A DNA stretch of 64,000 nt from Blastocystis sp. Blastoise (lineage: Eukaryota; Protista; Bigyra: Opalinata). Position 1 is the first letter of the stretch; each line of letters begins with the position of its first letter. Shown here in pieces: positions 15,540 to 29,602 of the stretch. The position numbers and the translations under genes were made by a program. Below the pieces are notes generated by a model. That model was not told the DNA's origin. It made no database searches and saw only the letters and a list, made by a program, of their open reading frames with translations. Location of the stretch: the NCBI GenBank assembly GCA_039096225.1, contig JBBPEB010000028.1:496001-560000 (forward strand). The letters are read 5' to 3'.

Positions 15540-15839
15540 TTGAATATATTACTTTTGATTGTTTTTCATTTTATTTATATCAGTATTTTGTTTAGTTTAT
15601 AAAGTATTTTTAGTATTTTATGGTTGATGATTATTAAAATATATATATAAACATATATATATATAAGATTGATTATAATTTAAACAACACAAAAAAAAAC
15701 ATTAAATCGCTTATAAAAAAGAAAATGTGTAGTATTAATAATAAAAAAGAAACTAGGTATTTGAAATAGAAAAAATAATTTATAGATATATATATATAAA
15801 TAAAACAGTAACTCGTTCAAACAAATGAGCTTTTCTATT

Positions 15840-17219
15840 TTACTCCATGCCTTCTTCTTCTTCTTTTTCCTTTTGTTTTTGTTCTTCTTCTTCTTCTTTT
15901 CTTTCTTTTATTTCTTTAACTAAAGTTTCTATTCTTTCACGAGGTAATATCTATATATATATATATAGATATATTTTATCTTTAAAAATATATATAAATG
16001 ATAATAAATAAATACAATAGGTTCAGTGTTCTGTTTAATAATAGCAATATCAACCGTCTTTTCAACTACACTTACAGCCTATATATATATATAGAATACA
16101 CTAGTATAAACATATCCCATAAATTAGTGTATAAAAGAAATAAAATAAAATAATTATGATGAATCTATTCTATAATAAAATATACTTCTAACATAGCTTC
16201 AATAATAAGTTCAATAGCTTTATCTTCTTCTAATCCTTCAGTATAGTGATTCTCTAAGAATGTTCGAATAGCTTTATCACTCTTACCGGAAGCATTAGCC
16301 TATATATATAGAAATATTTAAAACATATATACATTTATTATAACAAATATATATATAATATTAATAAATAAAACTAAACTAATAAAATAAATAAAATTAT
16401 ATAGCCTACTTTCCATTCTGTGCAAATACCGGCAGGATCTGTTTGAAAGAGTCTTGGACCCGTAGAATCAACGCCACAAATAAATGCACTTACACCAAAA
16501 GGACGACGACCTCCTCTTTGAGTATAACTATATATATATAAACATAACTATTTCTAATACAATCATTAATAAAGCAATACATTATTATATTCTTCAATTA
16601 TTCAATTTTAATATTAAATTATATAATTATAATAATATATACATTTGTTGTTGTCTTCCAATATATTTGGCGATATAAGATATGGAAGGAATTTCATCAT
16701 AAGATAATCTAAAACTTTGAGCTTCAACACGAGCCTATTTTAAAATTTATAAAAAAAGAAAAATAATAATAATAATAATAAGCAATATAAATAAATAAAT
16801 AAATATATATATACCATATCAATCAATTTATGTGCATCAGCATTTAAACCAGCAAAAAGAAAAGATATATTTTCATCGATAGCTAAGAGCTTTTTGACAG
16901 TACGGGGATCCTTTATATTATATATATATATTAATTAATGAAATAAAAAAACTAAAAAAACTGTTTCTATTCATAAATACTTAGAAAAAGAGAAATTGAA
17001 ATAAAAAATAATTACCTGAAGCTGAGCTGTAGCTTTCTTTTCATAAGCTAACACAATACAGTCTTTAGCTACGACACCAGCAATAGCATAACCCTTACGA
17101 ACAGCTTCCATAGCATATTCAACTTGAAAAAGATGTCCATCAGGAGAGAAGACAGTTAAAGCACGATCATAACTATAGTAAATGTTTAGTACTATGCGCG
17201 TAATACAGAAATACCTCAT
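15840..17219 (-). CDS. PSMA7: 20S proteasome subunit alpha-4 (PSMA7/PRE6)
   Basis: [46 protein letters not shown] and TDPAG motifs. First coding exon is 5 nt. Confidence 0.96.
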
Positions 17220-17974
17220 TTTTTAATTAACTATTCTTAAATTATCAGATATATAGAAAAAACAAAAATTAATTTATAAAGTTCTTAAAAAGAAGAAATA
17301 AGAAATTCCTAGAATTAAATAGATTATTATAGAGATACTTATTAAATAACCGTAATTCTTCGCATCGTCATGTTAAGAATCGTCTAGAACACTTTCGTTT
17401 TCAACTTTTTTCAGACAAATCGTTTTTGGATCTTTCATTCTTTTAAAATAATACGATAATCAAGCATTTATATATTACATATCAATTATTATAGACCTGG
17501 GTTTCTTTTGAAAATGTGTCTTAAGATAGATAATTATAATTTTAAAGAAAAAATAGTCATACTGAATAGTTATCCATTATTTTATATTGTGATTATATGA
17601 AACAAATTCTCCTAGCAAATAAAAACACTTTTAATCAAATTTCGAAGTCAAAAAAATAGTATATTACCATTTCAATCCTGTGAAATCTCGTTGTCTTGTG
17701 AAAATCATGGATGAAGTACTTAAATCTTACTTATTTATTACTTAATTATAAAATATAGTTAATTGAACGTTAATAAAAAAGAGAATAATAAGTATTTGAG
17801 ATACTTTATGAAAACATTTATAAAAAAATTTATTGTTGACAATAATTATTTATATATATTATGGTTTATTCAAAACAACTATCATAATATAACAAATAAT
17901 TTAGAAACATAAATAATTTGAGTAAATATATATATATATATATTAAAAACAAGGAGATGATATATTTTATAAAA

Positions 17975-19517
17975 TTATTTATCTCTTCCCCAAACTTCAT
18001 ACTCTTCAACTTGAAACATATTTCTAGAATCAGAATCACTAGTATTCACAAATAATGAGTGTTTTTGAGGAGTATTCACAGTTGTAAATGAATATGACTT
18101 GGTATATGCATTATTAGTAGTAGTATGACAATTATCATTTATAAATATATCACAACCACCTCCAAATGAAGGACCACAACAATAAAGACAATGTATCCCA
18201 CTACCAGTATTATTATGTTTATATTGAGTAGGAGGAATATTATGTTCATTACTTAATGTAAATAAAAACTCCTTAGAATAAGGTTTAGGGCCTATATTGA
18301 TTATATTCGATAGTTATATAACTAATACATAATATATATATACGTAAACCAGCCCAACTTTGATCTGTATATCCTCCAAATATATTAATATGATTATTAT
18401 GACCGATATGTTTGATTAATACTACTGTTTCTCCTTGATTATCACAATACTTATGGAATTTTTCTGCAGAATAATTATGCTCACTTGCTCTAAATAATAA
18501 TTTCCATTTCCTTTCTTTACTAAGCCAATTAACTAATGGAGTTTCAAAACATTTCTTCTTAAGTATAGTGGAGTTCATAAATACAGTTGCATTTTCATTC
18601 ATATTGGCTCTGGCAGCTTCTTTTCCTTCTTTTCCAAATATGCTAAACATTTCTTTCTCTAATAATTCTTTATCAATCTTTTCATAACTTTCATCATCAA
18701 TAAAAATACATTTATTAAGTGCAAAACAGTCAATATAATAAATATATTCATAATTCTTCTTTATAAGCATTTCATTATTCTTTTCATCATAATCTACATA
18801 TCCATAATTATATTCATTAATAATCTTATTCCATAATCCATTCTCCTTCCAATAATCTCTTAATAGTTCATCTTTCTTATCATTTATATAAAGAATAACA
18901 TCATCACCTTCTTTATATTTCTTAATATTGTGATCTCTTTGGTAATGAACTTTCGTTAATTCTTCAGGAATAGGTAAATTACAATATTCAAATAAATCTA
19001 ATAATTCAAGTTGATCACTCAAATTTATCTTATCAATATTCACTTTCTTATTCATCAAAGAATCAATTAATAAAGGAAAAAGTGTTTCATCTCCATGATA
19101 ATCTAAATAAATGCTTCCATCAACAGTTCTTAGATTTTCTTGGGAACATTCATAGATAAAACTACCTACTAAACTATTTGTTATTCTTTTAGGAAGAGAA
19201 TAAACTGGACCATTACTTGTAAGTCGAATATAATCAATTCCATTATCATTATTATTCATATTAGTATCATATTCATGAACATATGAAGATTCTTGGATAA
19301 TTATATGTGGATCATCACCATTCTTATCATTCATTCCTTCATAATTTCTTACGGATTGCTTTACTAATTCATTTATAGACTCACCTGAATGAATACAGAA
19401 ACTTATTGACTTACTTAAAATACCAACCAAATCACCAATCAGTCTTTCAAAATGAATTACATCCTTCTGGATATCACCCATCTTTCTAGCATCAAATTCT
19501 ACACTCTCTTTCACCAT
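17975..19517 (-). CDS. BTB-like plus TLDc domain protein
   Basis: 'WKLLFRASEHNYSAEKFHKYCDNQGETVVLIK..IFGGYT', 'GPSFGGGCDIFI' and 'VEEYEVWG' define TLDc. One intron near 18290-18343. Confidence 0.85.
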
Positions 19518-19731
19518 TCTAAATAATAAAAGAAACAAAATAAAAACAAAAAGAAATTCTTCAAAAGGAAATTTTTTTTTAAATAGAGAAACATCAAATA
19601 ACTAGTTTTTAACCAGATTCTTAATAAATGTCAAATTTTATGTATGATTTATAATTATCAAATCAAATAAATGTGTTTTCATTTATATAAACATCAACAA
19701 TACACATATACATGACAAATTAATTATTACT

Positions 19732-20549
19732 TTAAATATTTTTCAATGCATTTCGTCTTTCAACTTCTTTCTTTAAACGTTCTAATGTCAATTTTCCATA
19801 GTTAATATCCTATACACATTATTATTATCAATAATACTAATATAAATTATATACATAATATCGTTCAGGAAATATTCTTGTTTTTGTTATATCTATAGAT
19901 AATTAAATACAGAATATATATATATATACTTGATTGAATATCATTTTCTTTTGATTGTTTTCCAAATAATTTCTCTTTATATTCTTCATTTCTTCTTCTT
20001 ATATCTATTAATATCGTTTGATCTTTATCCATTTTATACATCATCTTTTCTTGTTGTTTCTGTTTTGCTATATATATATAATGAGTTTTTATTGTTAACA
20101 AATATTAATAACATATGAAAAGAATATAATACAATATATAATAATAAAAATATAAGTATACCTTGTAATTCTTTTTGAAGTAAATTATCTGTCATTTCTC
20201 TTTGCTCTTTATTCATTTTTTCTCTTTTTTCTTTCATCTGTAAACGAGATTTTAACTTTCGATCATATTCACTTCTTTTAATTGGATCAATAAGTATATC
20301 TTTTGCTTTTGTTAATGCATCAAATCTTGTATCTATATTCAAGTATTGTTAAACTCATCTTCTTTTTAATTAATAAAAAAAAAATATAAAAAAAACATAA
20401 ATATATATACCTGCTGTAGGATCATCAGGATGTTTATCAGGATGACAGGACATCGCCATCTTCCTGTATGCTTTTGAAATCTCTTTTGTACTCGATGACA
20501 CATCAATACCAAGTAAATCATAATAATCACTAAAATCTTCTTTTGACAT
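19732..20549 (-). CDS. DNAJC17: J-domain protein, DNAJC17/CWC23-like
   Basis: DYYDLLG..AYRKMAMSCHPDKHPDD J-domain followed by 'RSEYD..KMNKEQREMTDNLLQKE' coiled coil. Confidence 0.75.
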
Positions 20550-20899
20550 TCTTCTTATATTCTATTTTTATTATTATTCAATTATTCTATATCTCTTTAA
20601 TCTATAGAGAACATCAAATTAGAAATATCTCATATAGTATAAACAACAAAAATGGAAAAGTGTATTGAAATACAATATTTATAATTTATAAGCAATGAAG
20701 ATATATTCAGTAATTATTTGTATTATCTATATACCTTTAGAATCTTATACTAGAATTGATTCTAACAAATTAATACTTTTTTTTTTTTTAAATAAAAAAA
20801 TATTTTCACAAATTATTTTGATTCATCAGCGAGATTTCAATGAAATTCCAAGAAAATTATTATTATTTTAAATTTATTCTTTCGTTTTATATTCTTCAA

Positions 20900-21416
20900 A
20901 TGAAACGTTTTAAAGAGCCAATGGTATTTCATTATACCTTACCCTATATAACAGGACAGAAAAGAAGGTTAATACAGAAGAAGATGTTAGATGAGAAGAT
21001 TCATAAATATGACGAAAAGCAAAATGATAATATACAAAAAGAACTAGAAACTATTAAGAATGATCAGATTGATTTAAAAGAAGAAGAAGAAGAACTTCAA
21101 TATTGTAACGAAATGATACAAACTGAAAAGAATGAAATTCAAAAGATGAACGACTGTTTAAGTACTTTGAAAGATCTACAAGATTTCATTAAAGTATATT
21201 TATATTTATATTTATATTATTATTTTTATTTTTATTTATATATATTTATATTTATATTTATATTTATTTATATTTATATTTATATTTATATTTATATTTA
21301 TATTTATATTTATATTTATATTTATATTTATATTTATCTTATTAAATATGCAGGATGCAAAGAAGAATACTACAGCAACAATCAACTCAAAAATAAATAG
21401 TACAAAAGGAACATAA
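20900..21416 (+). CDS. Small coiled-coil hypothetical protein (2 exons)
   Basis: MKRFKEPMVFHY.. exon, a GT-AG intron containing (TTTATA)n, and last exon DAKKNTT..GT*. Confidence 0.55.
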
Positions 21417-22047
21417 ATATAGTATATTATAATATATATATATTTTTATAGTTCAAGAATTATGTTTTTCAGTTTTTTATTTAATTCTTTTTTACTTTTA
21501 TTCTTTTCACTTTTCATTCATATTTCTTTTCTTTTCCTTTTTTCATATTATTATAAATATATTCAAGTTTATAAATAGTTTGTTTTATATTATTTAATAT
21601 ATTTTAATTTGAATATCATGAATTATGATATACATATATATAAATTTGAAATTCAGAATAACATTCTTTTCAGTTATAAGAATAGCAAATATATTATTTT
21701 TGAATTTCTTCTCATTAGCTATAGAAAAAATATCTAGAATTATGTTGATTAATATACTCATAGAACTAATATTAAGTGAATATCACGAAATGATTATTTA
21801 AAAAAATGTATCTCTTTTTACCACGAAAATAATATATATATATATCAAAATAGATTCTTGATGATTTTATTATCGTCATAAAGTGGAGAACTTATTATAA
21901 GAAAGACTTTTGATTATATCACAAATTATTGATAACTAGAATTCTTTGAAAAAAATGATACTAAACTGATTCACACATATTCATGTTAACAATAAGTAAT
22001 TTTATTTAAATTTTAGTTGATAATAAAATATAAAAAAGATTCACAAA

Positions 22048-22240
22048 CAGTGACTTCCAAAAGGCCCTTTTTTTTTGCGGTGCCGCAATTGTCACAGAAA
22101 AATGTGACACTTTTGTTAATTTTTGACAGTGTAAAAATATTTATTATTATATTAAGTCATATTAAGTCTGACTTAAAGCGACTTTATGTGACTGTCAAAA
22201 AAAGTCACCGCAAGTGTCACAAAAAGTCGGGAAGGCACTG
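22048..22240. mobile_element. hAT-type MITE, 193 bp, 8-bp TSD TTCACAAA
   Basis: TIRs CAGTGACTTCC and GGAAGGCACTG (10/11 match). Identical TTCACAAA at 22040-22047 and 22241-22248. Subterminal inverted motifs TTGCGGTG/CACCGCAA, TGTGACACTT/AAGTGTCACA and TTTTGACAGT/ACTGTCAAAA. Confidence 0.88.
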
Positions 22241-23144
22241 TTCACAAATAATTTTTTTTTATTTTTCTTTCTATTTTGTTTTGCTTTTTCATTAAAGAAT
22301 TAATAACCAAAATTCTAAATATATATATTTTTATTTATAAACCGCAATTAATATACTCATTTATTAGTCATTAAACCTTTTTTAGTCAGATTATTATTCA
22401 TAATTGTTATACAAATTTGTTGAACAACAGTTTCTTCAAATACTTTATTGAAACTCGATGAAACCAAATACTATTTTTATGTTTTGTTGAGATATTCTTC
22501 TTTGAAATGATTATAATTCTAGTAAAAACAGTATATGTTCTTTTACGTGAAGTAGTAGTTAAAATATTATCATCAAACAGCCGAATGAACAATTGTACAA
22601 TCATTTTATCTATTTTTAAATGAATAAAGTTTAAGAAAAAAAAATAAATTCCCTCATTTTTCTGTTTGTTGTGTGCTAATTCTATAAAATTCCCATTATA
22701 TCAGGTCATCATTAGGGAAAAACCGTTTTTAATGCTAAAGATTCATCAAAGTCTTTCTGGGGTAGGTTTTTTCTGGATGGGTATTTTGCATTCTATGAGA
22801 AGCCCAGAGATCCCCTATCAAAAGAATAATATCTATTAAGTTGAATCCCGTGAGAGTCCTCGTTATATGCCCAGAAACAGAAGAAATGCCAGCAACAATT
22901 AATGGTTTGTCATCTCTATTCGTCATAGGAGAATAGGCAAATGGAATAAAAGTTGGGAACAAAAAGCCAAATACTACGTATTTGAGAGGTTCTTTTCTTA
23001 GTAGAAAAGCATTTCATTGGTTGAAGTCTTCAAACAAATGAAAGACAACGAAACAAACTTTAAAAAGAAAGAAAAATAAAAGAAAAAGAAGAGTTGTTTT
23101 TTCTTTTTATATAAGCTTATTGAATACTATCTATTTATTAAAAG

Positions 23145-25444
23145 ATGTGTGATATTTTATCAGTTTTTCCTACTTTAAAAAAGACTCTTGATGATGTTCC
23201 TAAAGTAGAACAACAATTCCGTTATGGTACTGCTGGTTTCAGAGCTGAAGGTGCTGTTTTAGATAATGTCTTTGCTAGATGTGGTGTTGTTGCTGCTTTA
23301 AGATCCATGTGTACTAAGAAGACTATTGGTGTTATGGTTACTGCTTCTCACAATCCTGAAAATGAAAATGGTATTAAGATTGTTGAACCTGATGGTGGTA
23401 TGCTTGCTATTGCTTGGGAAGGTGTATGCTTTTATTCATTTTTATTCATTTTTATTTATTTTTATTTATTTTTATTTATTTTTATTGTTTTTATTTATTT
23501 TTATTTATTTTTATTTATTTTTATTGTTTTTATTTATTTTTATTCATTTTTATTTATTTTTATTTATTTGTATTGTTTATATAACTATTTAGTTTGCTAC
23601 TAGTATGGCTAATGTTTCTGTTGAAGATTGCATTAAAGAAATAAATGAATTTGTTGATAAAGAAAATATTGATATTCATACACCTTGTAAAATTATTCTT
23701 GGTCGTGATACTCGTTCAAGTAGTTTAGTATGTAGATTTTTAGAATTTTATTTATGTTTTTATTTATTTATTTAAATTGATTCTTTATAAGAGTTTTTCT
23801 CTCTTTTTCTTTATAGAATATAATATATATTAATAATTATATTTCTACTTCTGTAAATATATATAGAGATTATCGAATCGTGTAGTAGATGTATGTAAGT
23901 CAATGAATTGTGAAGTCGATAATTTAGAAGAAGTGACTACTCCTCTTCTTCATCATGTTGTTCGTATGCATAATTTCAAGAAGACCGAATGGGAAGGTCG
24001 TCAAGGATATTTTAAGATGTTAGGAGATGCTTATAAAACACTCTGTCAAGGATTCGAAGATAAATGCAAACAACGTACTCCTTTATATATTGATTGTTCT
24101 AATGGTGCTGGTGCTTTAGTTATCGATGAAATCCAGGCTGCTCTTGGTGATTATCTTAAGATTATTGTATATAATTATACTATTACATATCTTCAGTATA
24201 TAATTATACTAATTACATATATATATATAGCCTATTAATAATCATAGAACTAATTTGAATTATTTATGTGGTGCTAATCATTTAGTTACAAAGACTTGTT
24301 TACCTACTGAATGTACCATGGAACAAGCTGCTGAAAGACGTTCCTGTGCTTTCGATGGTGATGCTGATCGAATCGTCTATTTCACTTCTCGTAATGGAAA
24401 ATTCGTATTATTAGATGGTGATAAATTATTATCTATATTCGCTATTTGGTGCAGAGATCAATTAAAGAACCTTAATCTTCCTAATGTATGTTTTGTTATT
24501 ATTATTTATTATATTATTTATATTTATTTGCTTTTAATTATTGTTATTATTGTTTATATAAATATGATTATTATTATTATTATTTTTATATTAATATACC
24601 TTATACCTTAGAAGACTCTTGGTGTTGTAAAAACTGCTTATGCTAATGGTGCTTCTACTGATTTCGTTAAAGAACATAATATGCCTCTTGTTCTTGCTAA
24701 AACTGGTGTATATATATATATTATTATTATTATTATTAACTAAATTATTATTAACTAAATTATTATTATTATTAACTAAATTATTATTATTATTATACCC
24801 TATAGGTTAAGAATCTTCACCCTAAGGCTCATCAATTTGATATTGGTATGTATTTTGAAGCTAATGGTCATGGTACCGTCTTATTCAAAGATACTTTCCT
24901 TAATGAATTAAAGAGTTTAGATAATTCTACTCTTACTGAAGTTCAAATACATGCTAAGAATAATATTATAGCTGCTTCTGAACTTGTGAATCAAGCTGTT
25001 GGTGACGCTCTTTCAGATAGTCTTTTCGTTGAAGCTATTTTATCGACTACAAATATCACTCTTGATGACTGGATCAATATGTATACGGATCTTCCTAGGT
25101 ATATATATATTATATTATATCTACTACCTATTCTTTATTTATTATATTATTCTATATATATATATATATATAGTGTGAATTCTGTAGTTAAAGTAGAAGA
25201 TCGTTCTATCTTTAAGAATAATGATGATGAAACTAGATGTTTAGAGCCTGCAGGTATTCAAGAAGCTATAGATGAATTAGTTAAGCAAGTACCTCACGGT
25301 CGTTCTTTCGTCAGACCGTCAGGAACTGAAAATGTTGTTCGTGTCTATGCTGAAGCAGATACGAAAGAACACGCTCTATGGTTAGCTAAAGAAGTTGAAA
25401 GAACTACTTATAAACTTGCTAGAGGTGTTGGTGAAATGCCTTAA
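23145..25444 (+). CDS. PGM3: Phosphoacetylglucosamine mutase
   Basis: YGTAGFR, TASHNP (phosphoserine), [16 protein letters not shown] and RPSGTE motifs. All introns canonical. Confidence 0.97.
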
Positions 25445-25897
25445 ATATTATTATTTTTATATTTATTTCTCTTTCTCTCTTTTTATTTTTTAAATAAAAT
25501 TTATTTTTTTGTTGTTAATATAAGAAGTTTTATCTAGCTTTTCTTCTCAAATATATATATGTATAAAATGTTTCTTAACGTTTAAAAAAAATGTTTTTCA
25601 TGTATATATTCATATACATAATTCTATATATTGTTATGTTGTTTCTAGTATTCCTATTATTCTCAATTTTGAATAATTATATTTCTTTTTTGAACTAGAA
25701 TATAATAAAAAGAAACTGTCTCTATTCTTATTATAAAAAAAGAAAAACACCACAGAAAAGAAACATATATTTCTTTTTAAAAAAGAAAGCACTAAACTAT
25801 ATTCAAGTATCTTTTTGAATTGAAATATATAAAATTGAGTTGTTCATGAATTCATATATATATATATTTAGATATAAATATCAAAACAATCATACAC

Positions 25898-26739
25898 ATG
25901 CAAGTATCCTTTGAAGAAAAACCATTATCTGGAGTAAGAAAAGAGATAGAGGAGATTTTGAAAAAGAATGAAGAGAGAAGATACCCTTCAGAAACACTTG
26001 AATGTATTATCAATGAAGCTACATTGATGTTACAGACTGAAAAAGTCAAGTATATATATTTCAAGTTGTTTATTAATGAATGAACCTAATAGTTTATAAT
26101 TATTTCAAATAATAAAATATGAGTTTATAGGAAATCTCTTTGTTCACCCAATTATTTATGTGATTTCGATGTGATCAATCGTGAGACAGGTGATATAATT
26201 GATTCTCATAAGAGATTGGCTAGTTATGCTCATGTAACTCATTTTGATGATATAACTGATCTTGAAAGTAAATTTATGAAAGTAGATATTGATTGGCATG
26301 CTCCACAAGGTGTATTTATATAGTTTCTTAATTGTTGTAGTTTATATGATATCACCTATAGGTATCAACAACAGAAATAGTATATCAAAGAACGGTCAAT
26401 GAAGAGTATATAATTATTATAAACTAAATATTCTTATTATATATGTATGTATTCTTTTAGTGATGACAATCAAGTATGGAGCGTTATATCTTATTCTTTA
26501 TTATGTGGAAAGAAAGATCTTCCTTTAAGTATATATATATATATTAATTTTTAATATAATAATAGTTTTTTTTTCATTATTTATATTGTCATAGTTACTT
26601 ATTAAAGAATTATTATTATTATTATAATTTTTTTTAGAAACAATTGTTGATTTTTCATTTTGTCGTGAAGGTGCTGAAGAACCTCCGTTAGATTTCTCAT
26701 CTGATACTGAAGAAGATAGTGACAGTGAAAATACACAAG

Positions 26740-26801
<62 letters not shown>

Positions 26802-27271
26802 CATAATGAATCTTCAAAGAAATCAAATACTCAAGATAATATGAATATAGAAAAAGAAGAAGATGAAGATTCGATGGAAAATGAATCAAATGATGAACAA
26901 GATACTTCTGACTCTTCTCCTGCTGAGAATCTTATTTCTTTTTGTATTGATCCTGATGTTCTTGAAGAATTAGCAATTAATGTTAATTATAATCCTGAAG
27001 AAAAAATCACACTTCTTCTGTTCCTTCTATCACTTCCTTATGTAAATATATATATATATAGTTATAAATCATTATTATATCAATATCTTTTGTTTGAATC
27101 TCAAATATTATTTATTTATGTTATTTATTATTCTTATTATTATAGACTGAATTCCAATGGGATGTTCCAGGAAGACTTCTAGATCTAATTGAAAGTAATC
27201 AAGATAGTGACGAAGAAAGTGAAGATGATATGGATGAAGATGATGATGAAGAAGAAGAAATGAACGAATAA
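25898..27271 (+). CDS. Hypothetical acidic protein with a poly-Asn tract, spliced
   Basis: In-frame GT-AG exons from MQVSFEEKP.. to ..EEEEMNE*. The (AAT)n run near 26740-26798 is coding. Confidence 0.65.
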
Positions 27272-28916
27272 TCACATTCATACACAATAAGTCCTAATAC
27301 TGTATCATACATCTCCATTATTATTATGTTTTTTTTATTATGTTTTTTATACATATTCACTGTTACTAGTTTTTTTTTTTGTGTATAATTCTATTTTAAT
27401 GTTTTCAAAATACTTCTATTATAAATAGTTGGTTTATTATATGTTTTTTTTTTCTATAAAAAGAAAAAAGTTCAATTCTATATCTAGAGTTCTTTCGAAG
27501 AATAATTGGATTCTTAGTCAAACGTTGTCATTTATTTCATGACGACGTTGTTATGACTAGTGGAAGACGTCTTACAGTTGAATTATTTTGAGGAAGAAGA
27601 CGTTTCTTTTGGATATTTCCACTGTATCTCAATAGTATTTGACTTGATAAAAACTGGAATCTTTTGAAGATTTCAGTTCTTCTTTTCTTCATCATTCACA
27701 AGGATAACTTATATTTATATATATGTGAATACTCTATTATACTTATAGAATGAATAGCGATGCAGAAATCTATTCTTTAAACACTTACTTGAACAAAATG
27801 TTCAATTAAGCCACTTGAAATATATCTTTCTAGCATGAGAATATTCTAGAATCATCAACAAACAACTACTCAATGATATATCTTATACTAAAACCAATCT
27901 ACTATTAGAATATCGAATTCTTTTTCATTGACAATTATATCTCCAAAAAAAGTTTATTTCATTCTAGAAACCATCTTTTTATATTCGAAGATTATATGTC
28001 ACATAAAAGAATCAATAAACACAAACACAATCACTATCATTCAACCAATTAACACAATTACATCAAAAAATATCTCTCTAAAAATCATATTTCTATTCCT
28101 CTCAATAAACCATATATACTCACTATATCACCAACATGTTACTAGCTTATTCTACAAAGCGAATCAACCAATAATAAGCAAAATTCTTCTTTTTAGTATT
28201 TCTTTTTATTATATAAAATTTCAGAAGATTATGAATAAATTAACTTTAATGGTGTAACCTCACTCCTATAATCTTTTCATAACCAAAATACATGTAGATA
28301 AAGAGAAAAAACATCAAGAATCCTATTCCAATCTATAATAATAACTAATTGTTTCATATACAAATATATATCTTCTCATGTTTCCTCCTCACTAAAATAC
28401 ATGGATTTGGAAACAATAAGGAATCAAGTCAGTTCACAAAAAAAAAAGAGTTAAGAACTACTTTCTTCACTTCAGTACAACTGACTTATTTTGCAATACA
28501 TCGAACCTATTTGAAGAATGACTTAGAATAGTGTCAGTACCGTTCTTAGTGTATGACTCAAAAAAGGTGAAATGAAACATGAGACAAGACTCCATCATCC
28601 TATTGGATGCACGAAATTGCGTTGGCATCATATTATTGGTCTATTTTTCTCAACATAATTTATATCCATCCATTTTTCTTTCAAAAGTGGTTCTCCAATC
28701 CAAAATGACGACCAATACTGAAAACATCGGATCCAATTGATTACGTAATCGATAGTAGTTCTCTGAATTTCTATGATCACTACAACCATAACAGGTTATC
28801 CAAATGAAACTATTTTTATGAAAATGATATAGAAAGAACACGCATATTTTTAATTTATAAATTCCAAGTTAATTCTTTTTTTAAATTTAAATTTTTGCTC
28901 AATTAAATAACAACAA

Positions 28917-29240
28917 ATGATTGTAACTCCTAAAGTTGAAACTTGCCAAAATGATGAAGAAGTCAATGTCAAAGTTGCTGTTGGAAATCTTGACAATTGC
29001 CCGAGCTGCCAAACACTTCGATCATACCTTAGAAAGAGAGTTCGAGTGTTCATTTCTGATGGTCGTGTTTTATCTGGAAAACTACAATGTTTTGATTCTT
29101 TCATGAACATCATTATGATTGAAACTGAAGAAATTCTCTTTTTCAATGAGAAAGACAAAGAGATTCGTAGAAGAGTCGGTAGAACTATTATTCCTGGAAA
29201 ACATATCGTCAAACTTGAATCTGATTTTCAATTATTATAG
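28917..29240 (+). CDS. NAA38: LSm-domain protein, NatC auxiliary subunit (NAA38/MAK31)-like, intronless
   Basis: Sm1 'LRKRVRVFISDGRVLSGKLQCFDSFMNII' and Sm2 'RRVGRTIIPGKHIVKLE'. Confidence 0.75.
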   Translation: MIVTPKVETCQNDEEVNVKVAVGNLDNCPSCQTLRSYLRKRVRVFISDGRVLSGKLQCFDSFMNIIMIETEEILFFNEKDKEIRRRVGRTIIPGKHIVKLESDFQLL

Positions 29241-29602
29241 ATGAATTATTGCTGCGCCTTATTTAGATTAACTTGGATTTCTATAAAATAATTTATTTTC
29301 GTTTGGAACGTAATTGATTTCTTTTTTAATTTATTTCTCTTCTTATAGTTTTCTGAAATTGTTTTACTGTTTCATTTCTCTTTTCTTTTTTTCATTTTTC
29401 TTCTTTTCTTGTATTCTTTAAAAACAGTTTTCTATTGATGTATCCTTTATTGTATTTTTAAAGTCTTAGTATATCTGTAGTTATTAGGTTTAGTTATATA
29501 AAGAGAGAATATTTGCTTTATTTATTGATAGGTATTAAAATTATTTATATAAAAAATAGTATTTTATATAACTAAAATATAATAAAAAAAGTATTTTAAT
29601 CA

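Noticed and set aside
27690-28260. Possible small minus-strand gene fragments
   Set aside because: No consistent stop-free spliced model could be built; at most a decayed pseudogene.
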